40,880 nucleotides of DNA, taken from assembly GCA_017433945.1 (NCBI GenBank), contig JAFRGH010000062.1, positions 1 to 40,880 of the forward strand. Direction: 5' to 3'. Each line of letters begins with the position of its first letter. The first letter of the stretch is position 1. The position numbers and the translations under genes were made by a program. The notes below the pieces were generated by a model. It did no database searches. It saw only the letters and a list, made by a program, of their open reading frames with translations, and had not been told where the DNA came from. Positions 16,492 to 26,385 of this stretch are shown in pieces. The stretch comes from Mogibacterium sp. (GTDB lineage Bacteria; Bacillota; Clostridia; Peptostreptococcales; Anaerovoracaceae).

Positions 16492-17817
16492 ATGATAAGA
16501 AACGCAATATTATACAAAGAGAGACGCCGTAAAGCACTTTACAAAGCATTTCACAAAACATTTCATAAAACCCCAGGCTGTTCTGCTGCGCGATCAGAGT
16601 CTGCGTCAATCGTCACATCAGCTTTTGACCAAAAACCTGTAGCTGTACTGACAGCAGTCATTATTACTGTCTGCCTGTTCTTTACAGGATGCAGCAGCAT
16701 GGGAGATGCGAAAAACACAGACAACACCGACAATACAGGAAATGCTTCTCAAAGCGCGCTGATCGAAGAGCATCACACGGGAAGCATGGAGCTCGATCAC
16801 GCGACGCAGTTTCATGCTGATTATTATGATGACGGCATCACCATGGTCACAGTAGAGGATGGCCTTGATTACATCCTGGCGCCGGATCCTGATGATCTGC
16901 CGGACTGGCTGACAGAAGCGGAAACAGAGGGGCGTACTGTTATCGGCGTTCCCGCAGCCCCTGTCTATATGGCTGCATCCTCCGGCATGGATCTGATAGC
17001 TGCCATTGGCGCGCTGGATGCCGTATCCATGACCAGCACGGCCGCGAAGGACTGGGCGATCCCCGAGATAAGGGAGCTGGTCGAATCAGATGCCATACAC
17101 TATATCGGCAAATACAGGGCGCCTGATTATGAGGCTCTTGTCGAAGAGGAGACCGGTCTCGCGATAGAGTCTACGATGATATATCACAGCCCGCAGGTCA
17201 AGGAGGCAATAGAGGAGCTCGGGATACCGGTGCTTGTCGAGAGATCCAGCTATGAACAAGATGCTCTCGGACGTCTGGAAGGGATAAAGCTGTACGGCCT
17301 GCTTTTCGGTAAAGAGCAGGCGGCGGAGTCATATTATAAAAAAGCAGCCTCCCGAATCGCTTCAGTTGATACTGACTCAATCAGGGAGACGCCTTCGGTC
17401 GCGTTCTTTTCCGTAAACTCAAACGGCTCGGTAGTTGTGAGGAAACCCGGCGATTATGTAACGGGAATGATCGAAACGGCCGGAGGCAGATACGCTCTTG
17501 ACGGCATCACGGATGAAGAGGACAATGCCCTTTCAACTATGAATATGCAGATGGAGGCGTTTTATGACATGGCCGTCGACGTCGATATACTGATATACAA
17601 CAGCGCGATCGAATCCGACCTGAACACTGTCTCTGAGCTAACAGCGCTTGCGCCGCAGTTTGAGGATTTCAAGGCGGTCAAAGAGGGCGATGTCTGGTGC
17701 ACCAACAAGAGCGTCTTCCAGAAAACGACGGGCGCAGCGGACATGATAGTCGAAATGAACCGCATTTTTGCCGGCGCCGGTGATGGCGGTATGGAATATT
17801 TCCACAAACTGAGATAG
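16492..17817 (+). CDS. ABC importer substrate-binding lipoprotein (FecB/BtuF-type periplasmic binding protein family); start uncertain
   Basis: Lipobox VIITVCLFFTGCSS, followed by a type-III binding-protein-like body (e.g. RTVIGVPAAPVYMAASSGMDLI..., ADVDILIYNS...). The only in-frame ATGs upstream of the signal peptide are 16492 and 16429, and 16429 lies inside the hairpin. Confidence 0.7.
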   Translation: MIRNAILYKERRRKALYKAFHKTFHKTPGCSAARSESASIVTSAFDQKPVAVLTAVIITVCLFFTGCSSMGDAKNTDNTDNTGNASQSALIEEHHTGSMELDHATQFHADYYDDGITMVTVEDGLDYILAPDPDDLPDWLTEAETEGRTVIGVPAAPVYMAASSGMDLIAAIGALDAVSMTSTAAKDWAIPEIRELVESDAIHYIGKYRAPDYEALVEEETGLAIESTMIYHSPQVKEAIEELGIPVLVERSSYEQDALGRLEGIKLYGLLFGKEQAAESYYKKAASRIASVDTDSIRETPSVAFFSVNSNGSVVVRKPGDYVTGMIETAGGRYALDGITDEEDNALSTMNMQMEAFYDMAVDVDILIYNSAIESDLNTVSELTALAPQFEDFKAVKEGDVWCTNKSVFQKTTGAADMIVEMNRIFAGAGDGGMEYFHKLR

Positions 17818-17827
17818 AATCTTACAG

Positions 17828-18832
17828 ATGAACAACAAAAGGATAGCGTTTTGTTATACCGCGCTGGGCATCCTTCTCCTGGTGCTGATCATCATGAATA
17901 TGCTGATGGGAAGCTCCTCTATGACTGCAGGGGATGCTTTTCGCATACTCTTTTCACATGATACTGTCTCCAGATACGGCAGGATAGTCTGGGATATACG
18001 CATGCCGAGGATAATCGCTGCGGCTCTGCTCGGCGGAGCGCTGGCAGTCTCAGGTTTTTTGCTGCAGACTTTTTTTTCGAATCCAATTGCCGGCCCGTAT
18101 ATACTCGGGATATCTTCAGGCGCGAAGCTGGTCGTTGCCTGCGCTATGGTATATGCTCTGACTCACGGCATCATGCTGCATTCTTTTGTCATGATCATAG
18201 CCGCGTTTATCGGCTCTCTTGCCGTTACTGCTGTTATACTTTTGATCTCGGGAAAAGTCAGGAGCATGTCCGTTCTCATAGTGTGCGGCGTTATGGTCGG
18301 ATACATCTGCTCGGCTGTGACTGAGTTCCTGATCACCTTTGCCGACGATTCCAATATTGTCAATCTGCACAACTGGTCCATGGGCAGCTTTTCAGCTGTG
18401 AGCTGGGAGAATATCAGAGTAATCGCCCCTGTAGTTGCGATAACTGTGATATTGTCCTTTCTTTTATCTAAACCGATGAACGCTATTCAGATGGGAGAGC
18501 ATTACGCCGTCAGCGTAGGCGTGAACATCAGGGCGTTCAGGACGGGGCTGATAATGCTGTCGAGCATTCTCTCGGCTACCGTGACGGCTTTTGCCGGACC
18601 GATCTCTTTTGTAGGAATTGCAGCGCCTCACCTCATCAGGTCGATCACCGACACGTCAAGACCGATAGTCATGATACCGCAGTGCTTCCTCGGAGGATCA
18701 GTGTTCTGTCTGCTCTGCGATCTGCTCGCGAGAAATCTCTTCGCGCCGACCGAGATGAGCATCAGCTCCATGACAGCCGTATTCGGCGCTCCTGTAGTGA
18801 TCGCGATGCTGATAGGAAGGAAGGCGAGATGA
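17828..18832 (+). CDS. ABC importer permease, FecCD/BtuC family
   Basis: 334-aa polytopic membrane protein with family-typical segments (IRMPRIIAAALLGGALAVSG..LLQTFFSNPIAGPYILGISSGA, GPISFVGIAAPHLIR). Confidence 0.88.
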   Translation: MNNKRIAFCYTALGILLLVLIIMNMLMGSSSMTAGDAFRILFSHDTVSRYGRIVWDIRMPRIIAAALLGGALAVSGFLLQTFFSNPIAGPYILGISSGAKLVVACAMVYALTHGIMLHSFVMIIAAFIGSLAVTAVILLISGKVRSMSVLIVCGVMVGYICSAVTEFLITFADDSNIVNLHNWSMGSFSAVSWENIRVIAPVVAITVILSFLLSKPMNAIQMGEHYAVSVGVNIRAFRTGLIMLSSILSATVTAFAGPISFVGIAAPHLIRSITDTSRPIVMIPQCFLGGSVFCLLCDLLARNLFAPTEMSISSMTAVFGAPVVIAMLIGRKAR

Positions 18833-19689
18833 AAAGCGATGAGATAAGAAGAGGCTCGACCGGAAGCGGCGGCTCAAAAGAAGTCATCAGAACGGAGAGC
18901 CTCGATTCAGGCTATGGCCGTAAGGTGATAGTCGCCGGCGCGGAGCTGAGTGTGATGCCCGGAGAGATCGCGGTCCTGATAGGACCGAATGGAGCCGGCA
19001 AATCGACCGTTCTTAAGACCATCGCGGGACAGCTCGAAACGATAGCCGGTACGGTATTCATAGGCGGCAGGGACAGGACTGAGTATGCATCTGCTGATAT
19101 AGCGAAGAAACAGGCCGTAATGCTGACTGAAAGGCAGCCTGCCGAAAAGATGAGCTGCATGGAAGTGGTCTCTCTCGGCAGATATCCCTATACCGGGCGT
19201 TTTGGCATACTGTCCCGGGAAGACCGCAGGATAGTCCGCGAGACCATGGAACTGGTGCATATAAGCGAGCTGGCAGAGAGGGATTATGATCAGATCAGCG
19301 ACGGACAGAGGCAGAGAGTGCTGCTTGCAAGGGCGATCTGTCAGGAGCCTGAGATAATGCTGCTGGATGAACCGACATCATACCTCGACATAAGGCACAA
19401 GCTCGAGTTTCTGGATCTGCTCAGGGACCTGGCGCGGCATCGCGGCATCGCCGTCATAATGTCCATGCATGAGCTGGAGCTCGCGCATCTGACAGCCGAC
19501 AGCGTTATCTGCATATCTGCTGCAGGCAGAGTGGAAAAGGCAGGCCCGCCGGAAGAGGTGTTTACGGACGAACTGATAAGCAGGCTGTACGGACTGGAGG
19601 ACGGAAGGCTGAGGCAGGTATATTCGGGATTCGCGGAGAGCATCGGTAAAATGACGGATAACATCGGTAAAAAAACGGAGAGCCGGTAA
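18829..19689 (+). CDS. ABC importer ATP-binding protein (BtuD/FepC-like)
   Basis: The ATG at 18829 overlaps the permease stop (ATGA). Walker [10 protein letters not shown], signature SDGQRQRV and Walker [12 protein letters not shown] are present. The longer ORF-track start (18682) would overlap the permease in another frame. Confidence 0.88.
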   Translation: MKSDEIRRGSTGSGGSKEVIRTESLDSGYGRKVIVAGAELSVMPGEIAVLIGPNGAGKSTVLKTIAGQLETIAGTVFIGGRDRTEYASADIAKKQAVMLTERQPAEKMSCMEVVSLGRYPYTGRFGILSREDRRIVRETMELVHISELAERDYDQISDGQRQRVLLARAICQEPEIMLLDEPTSYLDIRHKLEFLDLLRDLARHRGIAVIMSMHELELAHLTADSVICISAAGRVEKAGPPEEVFTDELISRLYGLEDGRLRQVYSGFAESIGKMTDNIGKKTESR

Positions 19690-19696
19690 AGAAACA

Positions 19697-21235
19697 ATGT
19701 CTAAGGTAATAATGATACAGGGCACCATGTCCAACGCGGGCAAAAGCCTGCTTGCCGCGGGACTTTGCCGCATATTCAGGCAGGACGGATACAGGACAGC
19801 CCCTTTCAAATCTCAGAATATGGCTCTAAACTCCTTTGTTACAAGGGAGGGGCTTGAGATGGGAAGAGCTCAGGTCGTTCAGGCTGAGGCGGCCGGGATA
19901 GAGCCGCTCGTCTGCATGAACCCTGTGCTGCTCAAGCCGACTGATGACGAGGGCTCGCAGGTGATAGTGAACGGCAGGCCCATCGGCAATATGAAGGCCA
20001 GGGATTATTTCAAGTATAAAACACAGCTCATTCCTGTTATTAAGGATGCGTTCCACCGTCTCGAGGAGATGGCGGACATCATTGTGATAGAGGGAGCGGG
20101 CTCGCCCGCGGAGATCAACCTCAGGGAGAACGATATAGTAAATATGGGACTTGCGGAAATGCTGGACGCGCCTGTGCTGTTGGTCGGGGATATAGACCGG
20201 GGAGGAGTTTTCGCACAGCTTCTCGGTACCATCATGCTCCTCGAGGGAAGCGAGCGTGAGCGCATCAAAGGCCTCGTAATAAACAAGTTCAGAGGCGATA
20301 AATCGCTGCTGGACAGCGGGATAGAAATGCTCGAGGACAGAGGCGGCATTCCGGTAGCCGGCGTCGTGCCGTATATGGATATAAAGGTCGAGGATGAGGA
20401 TTCTCTTTCGGAACGTCTAGCATATTCAGCGGGTCGCGCAGCGTACAGCGGGGAAACAGCTGTCGACATAGCCGTGATCAGGCTGCCGAAGATATCTAAT
20501 TTTTCAGATATGGATGTGTTTGAGCAATTTCCGGATGTATCTGTGAGATATGCAGGAAGAGCCGCGGAGCTTGGAGAGCCGGATATGATCATTATCCCTG
20601 GTTCGAAAAGCACTATAGCCGATCTCAGATGGCTGAGAGAGTCTGGCTTTGAAACGAGCATTACAGAGTGCTGCAGGTGCGGCATACCTGTATTCGGTAT
20701 CTGCGGAGGCTACCAGATGATGGGTGAAGAGGTCTCGGATCCTGACGGCGTCGAGGGAGGAGGCTGCATCAAAGGCCTCGGCTTGCTTCCGGTATCTACT
20801 GTGCTCGCAGGCGATAAAAAGACGAAGCAGTTCCGCGGCAGCTTTGAGGATGCGGACGGATTGTTCAGCGGTCTTAGAGGCATGGACATCGAAGGATATG
20901 AGATCCATATGGGGCGTACCGGACTGAGCGTACGCGCTGATCTGAGCGCCGGATCTGCATCGGATACGCCGCCAAAGCATTTCAGCTCAGACGATACAGG
21001 ATTCTGCCGGGATAATATATACGGCACTTATGTACACGGCATCTTCGACCGCGGCGAGATCGCGCGGGAGATAGTCAGTGCTCTCGCTGAGCGAAAGGGC
21101 GTGAGGATAAGGGACGCAGGAGCCATGGATCACAGGGAATTCAAGGAAAGAGAATATGACAGACTTGCGGATATCCTGAGAGCTTCGCTCGATATGGAAC
21201 GCATATACGATATGCTGAGGGAGGCTGCGATTTGA
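19697..21235 (+). CDS. cobQ: Cobyric acid synthase
   Basis: 512-aa ORF with an N-terminal CobQ/CbiP ATP-binding domain ([24 protein letters not shown]) and a C-terminal GATase domain ([12 protein letters not shown]). Confidence 0.92.
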   Translation: MSKVIMIQGTMSNAGKSLLAAGLCRIFRQDGYRTAPFKSQNMALNSFVTREGLEMGRAQVVQAEAAGIEPLVCMNPVLLKPTDDEGSQVIVNGRPIGNMKARDYFKYKTQLIPVIKDAFHRLEEMADIIVIEGAGSPAEINLRENDIVNMGLAEMLDAPVLLVGDIDRGGVFAQLLGTIMLLEGSERERIKGLVINKFRGDKSLLDSGIEMLEDRGGIPVAGVVPYMDIKVEDEDSLSERLAYSAGRAAYSGETAVDIAVIRLPKISNFSDMDVFEQFPDVSVRYAGRAAELGEPDMIIIPGSKSTIADLRWLRESGFETSITECCRCGIPVFGICGGYQMMGEEVSDPDGVEGGGCIKGLGLLPVSTVLAGDKKTKQFRGSFEDADGLFSGLRGMDIEGYEIHMGRTGLSVRADLSAGSASDTPPKHFSSDDTGFCRDNIYGTYVHGIFDRGEIAREIVSALAERKGVRIRDAGAMDHREFKEREYDRLADILRASLDMERIYDMLREAAI

Positions 21236-22809
21236 TAAACATCGACCCTTTTAACAAAGACAGATATGACGAGATAAGGCAGCGCTGGGACAGGGTTGCA
21301 AAGCCGCTGAACAGCCTTGGACGCTTTGAGGAGATGACGGCGCGCATTGGCGCGGCGCAGGACTCTGCCGATGTGGACATAAGGAAGCGCGCAGTGATAA
21401 TTATGTGTGCCGATAACGGCATCGTAGCAGAGGGCGTCAGCCAGTCGGGCCAGGATGTCACGGCTGCAGTCGCGGCATGGATGGGCCGCGGCGAGAGCTC
21501 TGTATGCAAAATAGCGAAGAAATGCCGGACGGATACCATTGCGGTCGATGTCGGCATCAACATGGAAGGAAGCCCCGCGGGAGTCATAGACCGCAAGGTC
21601 ATGCGCGGGACGAGAGATTTTGCGCTTGAACCCGCGATGACCGAGGATGAATGCATGCAGGCGATAGATGCGGGCATAGACATTGTCTGCGAGTGCAGCG
21701 CGAGGGGCTACAGGCTGCTTGCCACGGGAGAAATGGGCATAGGCAACACGACCACGAGCTCTGCGCTGGCCTCGGCCCTTCTCGGAATGGATGTGTCTGT
21801 CATGACCGGGAGAGGGGCCGGCCTGAGCAACGCAGGCCTCAAAAATAAAATGCGTGTGATACAGGATGCCCTGAACAGATACTGTCCCGAGGATGATCTT
21901 GATATCGAAAGCCCGGAATACACGTCCCTGATGCTTTCCTGCGTCGGGGGACTGGATATAGCCGGACTTGCAGGGGTATTTATCGGCGGAGCAATGAACC
22001 ATATACCGGTGATCATAGACGGGTTTATCAGCGCGGTGGCAGCTCTCGCAGCAGAGCGGCTGGTTCCGGGCTGCCGCAATTATATGATAGCTTCGCATAT
22101 CGGCAGGGAACCCGGCATGAAATATATACTGGACACTCTGGGCCTCGAGCCTGTGCTGGATGCCGGACTGGCGCTCGGAGAGGGGACAGGTGCGGTCATG
22201 CTTATGCCGCTTCTCGATATGGCTCTTGCACTCTATTCGGACGGACTTTTTTTTGAGGAAACCGCAGTGGAACAGTATCATCATTTTGATGAAAACAATA
22301 CCATCCTTATAATCGGATATCCCGACAGCGGCAAATCGGAGCTTGCGGAGAAGACTGTACTTGAGATCTCAGGTCCGGGAGAGAGGATATATCTCGCGAC
22401 CATGATCCCTTACGGAGAAGAAGGCAGCGCAAGGATAGAAAAGCACCGCCGTATGAGGGCGGGAAAGGGCTTTGACACTCTTGAAGCGCCGCTTGATGTT
22501 TACGACAGCCTGACCGAATACATGAAAGGCGTCGAAGGCGAGCCGGGGGACAAGACTGTTCTGCTTGAATGCGTGTCCAACCTGACTGCTAATGAACTCT
22601 TTGAGAGACACAGTGACCCCGGGACTGCGGCGGACAAGATATGCGATGACATAGAAAAGATATCAAAAATGGTCCGCAACCTTATCATTGTCACCAACCA
22701 TTTTGATAAGCAGAGCGGATTTGATGAAGAGACTGCCGCTTATGCCTCAATACTTGATATAATTAACGACAGGCTCAGCAATATTGCTGACAGAGTGATA
22801 AAGCTGTGA
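21232..22809 (+). CDS. cobT: Fusion of nicotinate-nucleotide--dimethylbenzimidazole phosphoribosyltransferase (CobT) with adenosylcobinamide kinase/guanylyltransferase (CobU)
   Basis: The TTG start overlaps the cobQ stop. CobT motifs GEMGIGNTT and LGEGTGA lie in aa 1-350. From about nt 22300 there is a CobU-like domain with P-loop GYPDSGKS and RIEKHRRMR (the guanylyl-His region). Confidence 0.88.
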   Translation: MINIDPFNKDRYDEIRQRWDRVAKPLNSLGRFEEMTARIGAAQDSADVDIRKRAVIIMCADNGIVAEGVSQSGQDVTAAVAAWMGRGESSVCKIAKKCRTDTIAVDVGINMEGSPAGVIDRKVMRGTRDFALEPAMTEDECMQAIDAGIDIVCECSARGYRLLATGEMGIGNTTTSSALASALLGMDVSVMTGRGAGLSNAGLKNKMRVIQDALNRYCPEDDLDIESPEYTSLMLSCVGGLDIAGLAGVFIGGAMNHIPVIIDGFISAVAALAAERLVPGCRNYMIASHIGREPGMKYILDTLGLEPVLDAGLALGEGTGAVMLMPLLDMALALYSDGLFFEETAVEQYHHFDENNTILIIGYPDSGKSELAEKTVLEISGPGERIYLATMIPYGEEGSARIEKHRRMRAGKGFDTLEAPLDVYDSLTEYMKGVEGEPGDKTVLLECVSNLTANELFERHSDPGTAADKICDDIEKISKMVRNLIIVTNHFDKQSGFDEETAAYASILDIINDRLSNIADRVIKL

Positions 22810-22816
22810 GACAGAT

Positions 22817-23623
22817 ATGAGACTATTAAGGACTGTTGCCGTAACATTTGCGCTGTATTCGAGGATACCGATGCCGCACTTTGAGTGGCGAGATGAGGAT
22901 ATGACATACAGCATAGCTTTGTTCCCGTGGGTAGGAGCCGTGATCGGACTTGTCTTTGTCTGCGTGTACAGAGCCGGAATCCTGCTGTCTGTGCCGCTGA
23001 CAGCTGTCTGTCTGCTTATGACAGCTGTTCCTGTTGTCATTACAGGCGGCTTTCATATCGATGGCATCATGGATGTCTCGGACGCCCTCTCATCATACGG
23101 AAGCAGGGAGGATAAGCTAAGGATATTGAAGGATCCGCATATAGGGGCCTTCGCTGTAATAAGGCTCTGTGTGTGCGGTCTGGTCTATATGGCGTCTCTG
23201 ATCACGCTTGCAGGCTCTGCAAAAATTTCAGCTGCGGGCAGTGCATACGAAGCGGTGCTGATACTGGCGGCGGGATTCTTTACGGCAAGGGCGTTCAGCG
23301 CTCTCGGTGTCCTGAACCTCAGGTCGGCAAAAAATGAAGGCATGCTGTTTTATGAAGCCTCGTGCGCCGGAAGCGGCAGAAAAGCAAATAATATACTCTG
23401 CTCGCTATGGATATGCGCAGTCAGCATTCTGATCATATATATCGATCCTGTAATGGGGATCGCGGAGATGCTTACTGCGGCTGCTTGCTTTGCATGGTAT
23501 AAATATAAGTGCTATAAGGAATTCGGAGGCATAACGGGAGATACCGCCGGCTGGTTCGTTACGGTATGCGAGACCGCTCTTGCAGCTGCTGCGGCCTTGG
23601 TATGCCTCTCTCGCGGTTTATGA
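22817..23623 (+). CDS. cobS: Adenosylcobinamide-GDP ribazoletransferase (cobalamin synthase)
   Basis: 268-aa polytopic membrane protein. The N-terminal FALYSRIPMP...FPWVGA and GGFHIDGIMD motifs are typical of CobS. Confidence 0.88.
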   Translation: MRLLRTVAVTFALYSRIPMPHFEWRDEDMTYSIALFPWVGAVIGLVFVCVYRAGILLSVPLTAVCLLMTAVPVVITGGFHIDGIMDVSDALSSYGSREDKLRILKDPHIGAFAVIRLCVCGLVYMASLITLAGSAKISAAGSAYEAVLILAAGFFTARAFSALGVLNLRSAKNEGMLFYEASCAGSGRKANNILCSLWICAVSILIIYIDPVMGIAEMLTAAACFAWYKYKCYKEFGGITGDTAGWFVTVCETALAAAAALVCLSRGL

Positions 23624-23688
23624 GTCCCCATTGACTCATCAGTCTCGCCGTCTCAAATGACTTACAGGTAAAAGGAGTGCGAAATAAA

Positions 23689-24330
23689 ATGAAGATGAAG
23701 CTTACGCTTATAAGGCATGGTCAGACACAGGGAAATATTGAGCGCAGATTCTCAGGATGCAGGACCGATGAGCCTCTTACGGATGCGGGAAGAACTGCTC
23801 TCTGCGCAGTCGGCGGATCAGGCGGCAGCGGAGGCATAGGCGAAGGCAGCATGGTATTCGTCAGCCCCATGATACGCGCTCGTGAGACTGCCGAAATACT
23901 GTTTCCCGGCCTCGAAAAGACCGTGATCGAAGACCTTAAGGAGATGGATTTCGGAATGCTTGAGCCTCACAATCATGAGGAGCTGGACGGAGATCCGGAT
24001 TATCAGGCATGGATAGACAGCGGAGGACTGGCTGAGATCCCGGGCGGCGAGAGCATAGCTTCATTTTCACAAAGAGCTATGAGGGGACTTGCGGCGGCCG
24101 TAAGACAGGCTGCATCGTCCGCGTCAAAAGAGATATATGCGGTTGCTCACGGCGGAACGATAATGGCGATAATGAGCAGTCTTACAGGCAGAGCTTATTA
24201 TGATTTTATGTCGGATAACGGATGCGGATATACAGTTGAGCTGGAGGTAGATGATGCAGGAAATATCGTTGCTGCAGGCGCATATGATCGCTTTTGCGGC
24301 GGGATACGTGATGGATCTTGTGATAGGTGA
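23689..24330 (+). CDS. cobC: Alpha-ribazole phosphatase (histidine phosphatase family)
   Basis: RHG motif LIRHGQTQGN. SD AAAGGAG (23671-23677) favours the ATG at 23689 over the GTG at 23677. The second catalytic region is AHGGTIMA. The 3' end overlaps cbiB. Confidence 0.8.
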   Translation: MKMKLTLIRHGQTQGNIERRFSGCRTDEPLTDAGRTALCAVGGSGGSGGIGEGSMVFVSPMIRARETAEILFPGLEKTVIEDLKEMDFGMLEPHNHEELDGDPDYQAWIDSGGLAEIPGGESIASFSQRAMRGLAAAVRQAASSASKEIYAVAHGGTIMAIMSSLTGRAYYDFMSDNGCGYTVELEVDDAGNIVAAGAYDRFCGGIRDGSCDR

Positions 24331-25258
24331 TCCTCATTCTCTGCCTCATCCAGTAAGATGGATAGGATCTCTGATAGCAGTTCTGGACAAAAGCCTGCTC
24401 GGAGAGCTGCCGGATGAAGGCAGCCGCGACCCGGACAGGGAGAGAAGGCGCGGCGCCGTACTTGTGATCATCGTGATCGCTGCCACCCTGCTGATTTCCG
24501 CAGCGGTAATGACGACTGCATATCACATTTCCCCAGCTGCGGGCATCATCGCCGAAGCCGTGCTGACATGCTACACTCTTGCGGCAGCGAGCCTTCGCAA
24601 GGAGAGCATGAAGGTGTATGAGGAGCTGAGCAAAGGTGAACTCGAGGGAGCTCGGAGGGCTGTTTCCATGATCGTCGGAAGAGATACGGCGGCGCTCGAC
24701 GAAAAAGGCGTTACGAAGGCTGCTGTGGAGACAGTAGCAGAGAATTTTTCGGATGGCGTGATCGCTCCCATGCTGTATAATGCATTAGGCGGGCCGGTCG
24801 CCGGTCTTGTTTACAAGGCTGTAAACACCATGGATTCCATGATAGGCTACAAAAATGACCGCTACCGGTGGTTCGGGACGGCTGCGGCAAGGCTCGACGA
24901 CGTCTGCAGCTTCATACCGGCCAGGCTCAGCGCCCTGCTGCTGATCGCAGCGAGTGCGTTCGCAGGGAGTGATTATGATCCGGCAAATGCACTCAGGATA
25001 TGGAGGCGCGACAGGCATAATCACAAGAGCCCGAACGCGGCCCAGACGGAGAGTGCGTGCGCCGGCGCGCTCGGACTGCAGCTTGCGGGCGATGCAAGCT
25101 ATTTTGGCAGGGTAGTACATAAGCCGACTATAGGCGATGATACGAGAGCTATAGAAGCTTACGATATAGTAAGGGTAAACAGGCTGATGATAATGTCGTC
25201 AGCAATCGGGGAATTGTTATGTCTTCTGGTTATATTTACGATGAATACAATAAGATGA
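24251..25258 (+). CDS. cbiB: Adenosylcobinamide-phosphate synthase
   Basis: Membrane protein with the MDLVIGDPHSLPHPVRWIG signature. SD GGAGG (24243-24247) precedes ATGs at 24251 and 24254; an alternative ATG lies at 24284. It overlaps the cobC 3' end by up to 80 nt. Confidence 0.88.
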   Translation: MMQEISLLQAHMIAFAAGYVMDLVIGDPHSLPHPVRWIGSLIAVLDKSLLGELPDEGSRDPDRERRRGAVLVIIVIAATLLISAAVMTTAYHISPAAGIIAEAVLTCYTLAAASLRKESMKVYEELSKGELEGARRAVSMIVGRDTAALDEKGVTKAAVETVAENFSDGVIAPMLYNALGGPVAGLVYKAVNTMDSMIGYKNDRYRWFGTAAARLDDVCSFIPARLSALLLIAASAFAGSDYDPANALRIWRRDRHNHKSPNAAQTESACAGALGLQLAGDASYFGRVVHKPTIGDDTRAIEAYDIVRVNRLMIMSSAIGELLCLLVIFTMNTIR

Positions 25259-25320
25259 GCGAAGAGGCCCGGGCGAAGGCTGAGGGTAGGACCATAGTAC
25301 GAAAAGAGGAGCCGGATACT

Positions 25321-26358
25321 ATGTCCGGACGGGTCGGACACGGGGGAGACGTCTACAGAAACAGGGTCAGGCTTGATTTTTCGGTCAGTCTCAACCCGAT
25401 GCCGCTTCCGCAGAGCATAATGGATGCGGCATTGATCGGCCTCAGCGAGATGCATCAGTATCCGGATCCCGTTCAGCAAAAGCTGAGAGAGGGGATCGCC
25501 TCATTCGAAAACGCAGCTGTCCGAAATGTGATATGCGCAAGCGGCGCGTCCGAACTGCTTATGGCAGTGTGTCACGCATTCAGGCCGCGAAGAGCGCTCG
25601 TTACAGCCCCATGCTATGCGGGCTATGAGAGGGCTCTTCGGGCTGTGGGAGCGGAAATGATCGAGTATACACTTGACGAGGCGAACGGTTTCAGACTGGA
25701 TGACGGACTGCTGTACACTCTGCCCGGTGCGAACATAGACATGATCATCCTGGCGGATCCCAATAATCCTGACGGCAGACTCATGGACGCGGGACTCAAA
25801 AAGAGGATATCGGATGTGTGCGATGGCATGGGGATCACTCTTGTTATAGATGAATGCTTCCTGCCGCTGACCGTAAGGGGACTGACCAGAGAGCCTATAC
25901 GGGACCGCGCCCTGCATCTCAGAGCTTTTACCAAGACTTTTGCCATGCCCGGCATCAGGATAGGATATATGCTCTCGGCCGATACACAAAAGCTTTCAAA
26001 GATATCCGGTCATCTGCCGGAATGGAATGTATCGAGGATCGCCGAAAAAGCCGGTGAAGCCGCGGCGGAGGTGATGCGCAATACTTCGTATCTGCAGAAT
26101 TCAGTCGCGTATATAAGCTCCGAAAAGCAGCGGCTGACACAGGGACTCGCCATGCTCGGCATCAAGGTGTACGAAAGCGATGCCAATTATATACTGTTCA
26201 AAAGCAGGGCGGGACTGTATCAGGATCTGCTCTCCAAGGGGATAATGATAAGGCGCTGCTCGGATTACAGCGGTCTTGACGAGCATTTTTACCGGATCGC
26301 AGTCAGGACGCGTGATGATAACAATGTGCTGCTCAGGACTCTTAAGAGCCTGCTGTGA
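25321..26358 (+). CDS. cobD: Threonine-phosphate decarboxylase (class I/II aminotransferase fold)
   Basis: The ATG at 25321 is preceded by AAGAGGAG and gives the canonical N-terminus MSGRVGHGGDVY...DFSVSLNP. A PLP-Lys region (FTKTFAMPGIRIGY) is present. Upstream in-frame ATGs at 25219 and 25255 are possible but lack an SD. Confidence 0.82.
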   Translation: MSGRVGHGGDVYRNRVRLDFSVSLNPMPLPQSIMDAALIGLSEMHQYPDPVQQKLREGIASFENAAVRNVICASGASELLMAVCHAFRPRRALVTAPCYAGYERALRAVGAEMIEYTLDEANGFRLDDGLLYTLPGANIDMIILADPNNPDGRLMDAGLKKRISDVCDGMGITLVIDECFLPLTVRGLTREPIRDRALHLRAFTKTFAMPGIRIGYMLSADTQKLSKISGHLPEWNVSRIAEKAGEAAAEVMRNTSYLQNSVAYISSEKQRLTQGLAMLGIKVYESDANYILFKSRAGLYQDLLSKGIMIRRCSDYSGLDEHFYRIAVRTRDDNNVLLRTLKSLL

Positions 26359-26385
26359 TGAGACGATGGGGTCGCTTCGAAAATT

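Noticed and set aside
18682-18828. 49-codon N-terminal extension of the importer ATPase
   Set aside because: It lies within the permease coding region in another frame. The ATG at 18829 forms the usual ATGA overlap, and the ABC domain starts soon after.
21130-22284. 384-aa minus-strand ORF antisense to cobT. Similar long antisense ORFs lie at 26101-26934, 27669-28874, 33335-34189 and 35843-36871.
   Set aside because: All are shadow ORFs opposite well-supported cob/cbi/hem genes. They have no start context and no motifs.
23812-23850. The GGSGGSGG stretch in CobC read as an engineered synthetic linker
   Set aside because: The codons are heterogeneous and embedded in native-looking flanks. The rest of the locus shows no cloning scars or tags. 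Natural repeat slippage is the simpler explanation.
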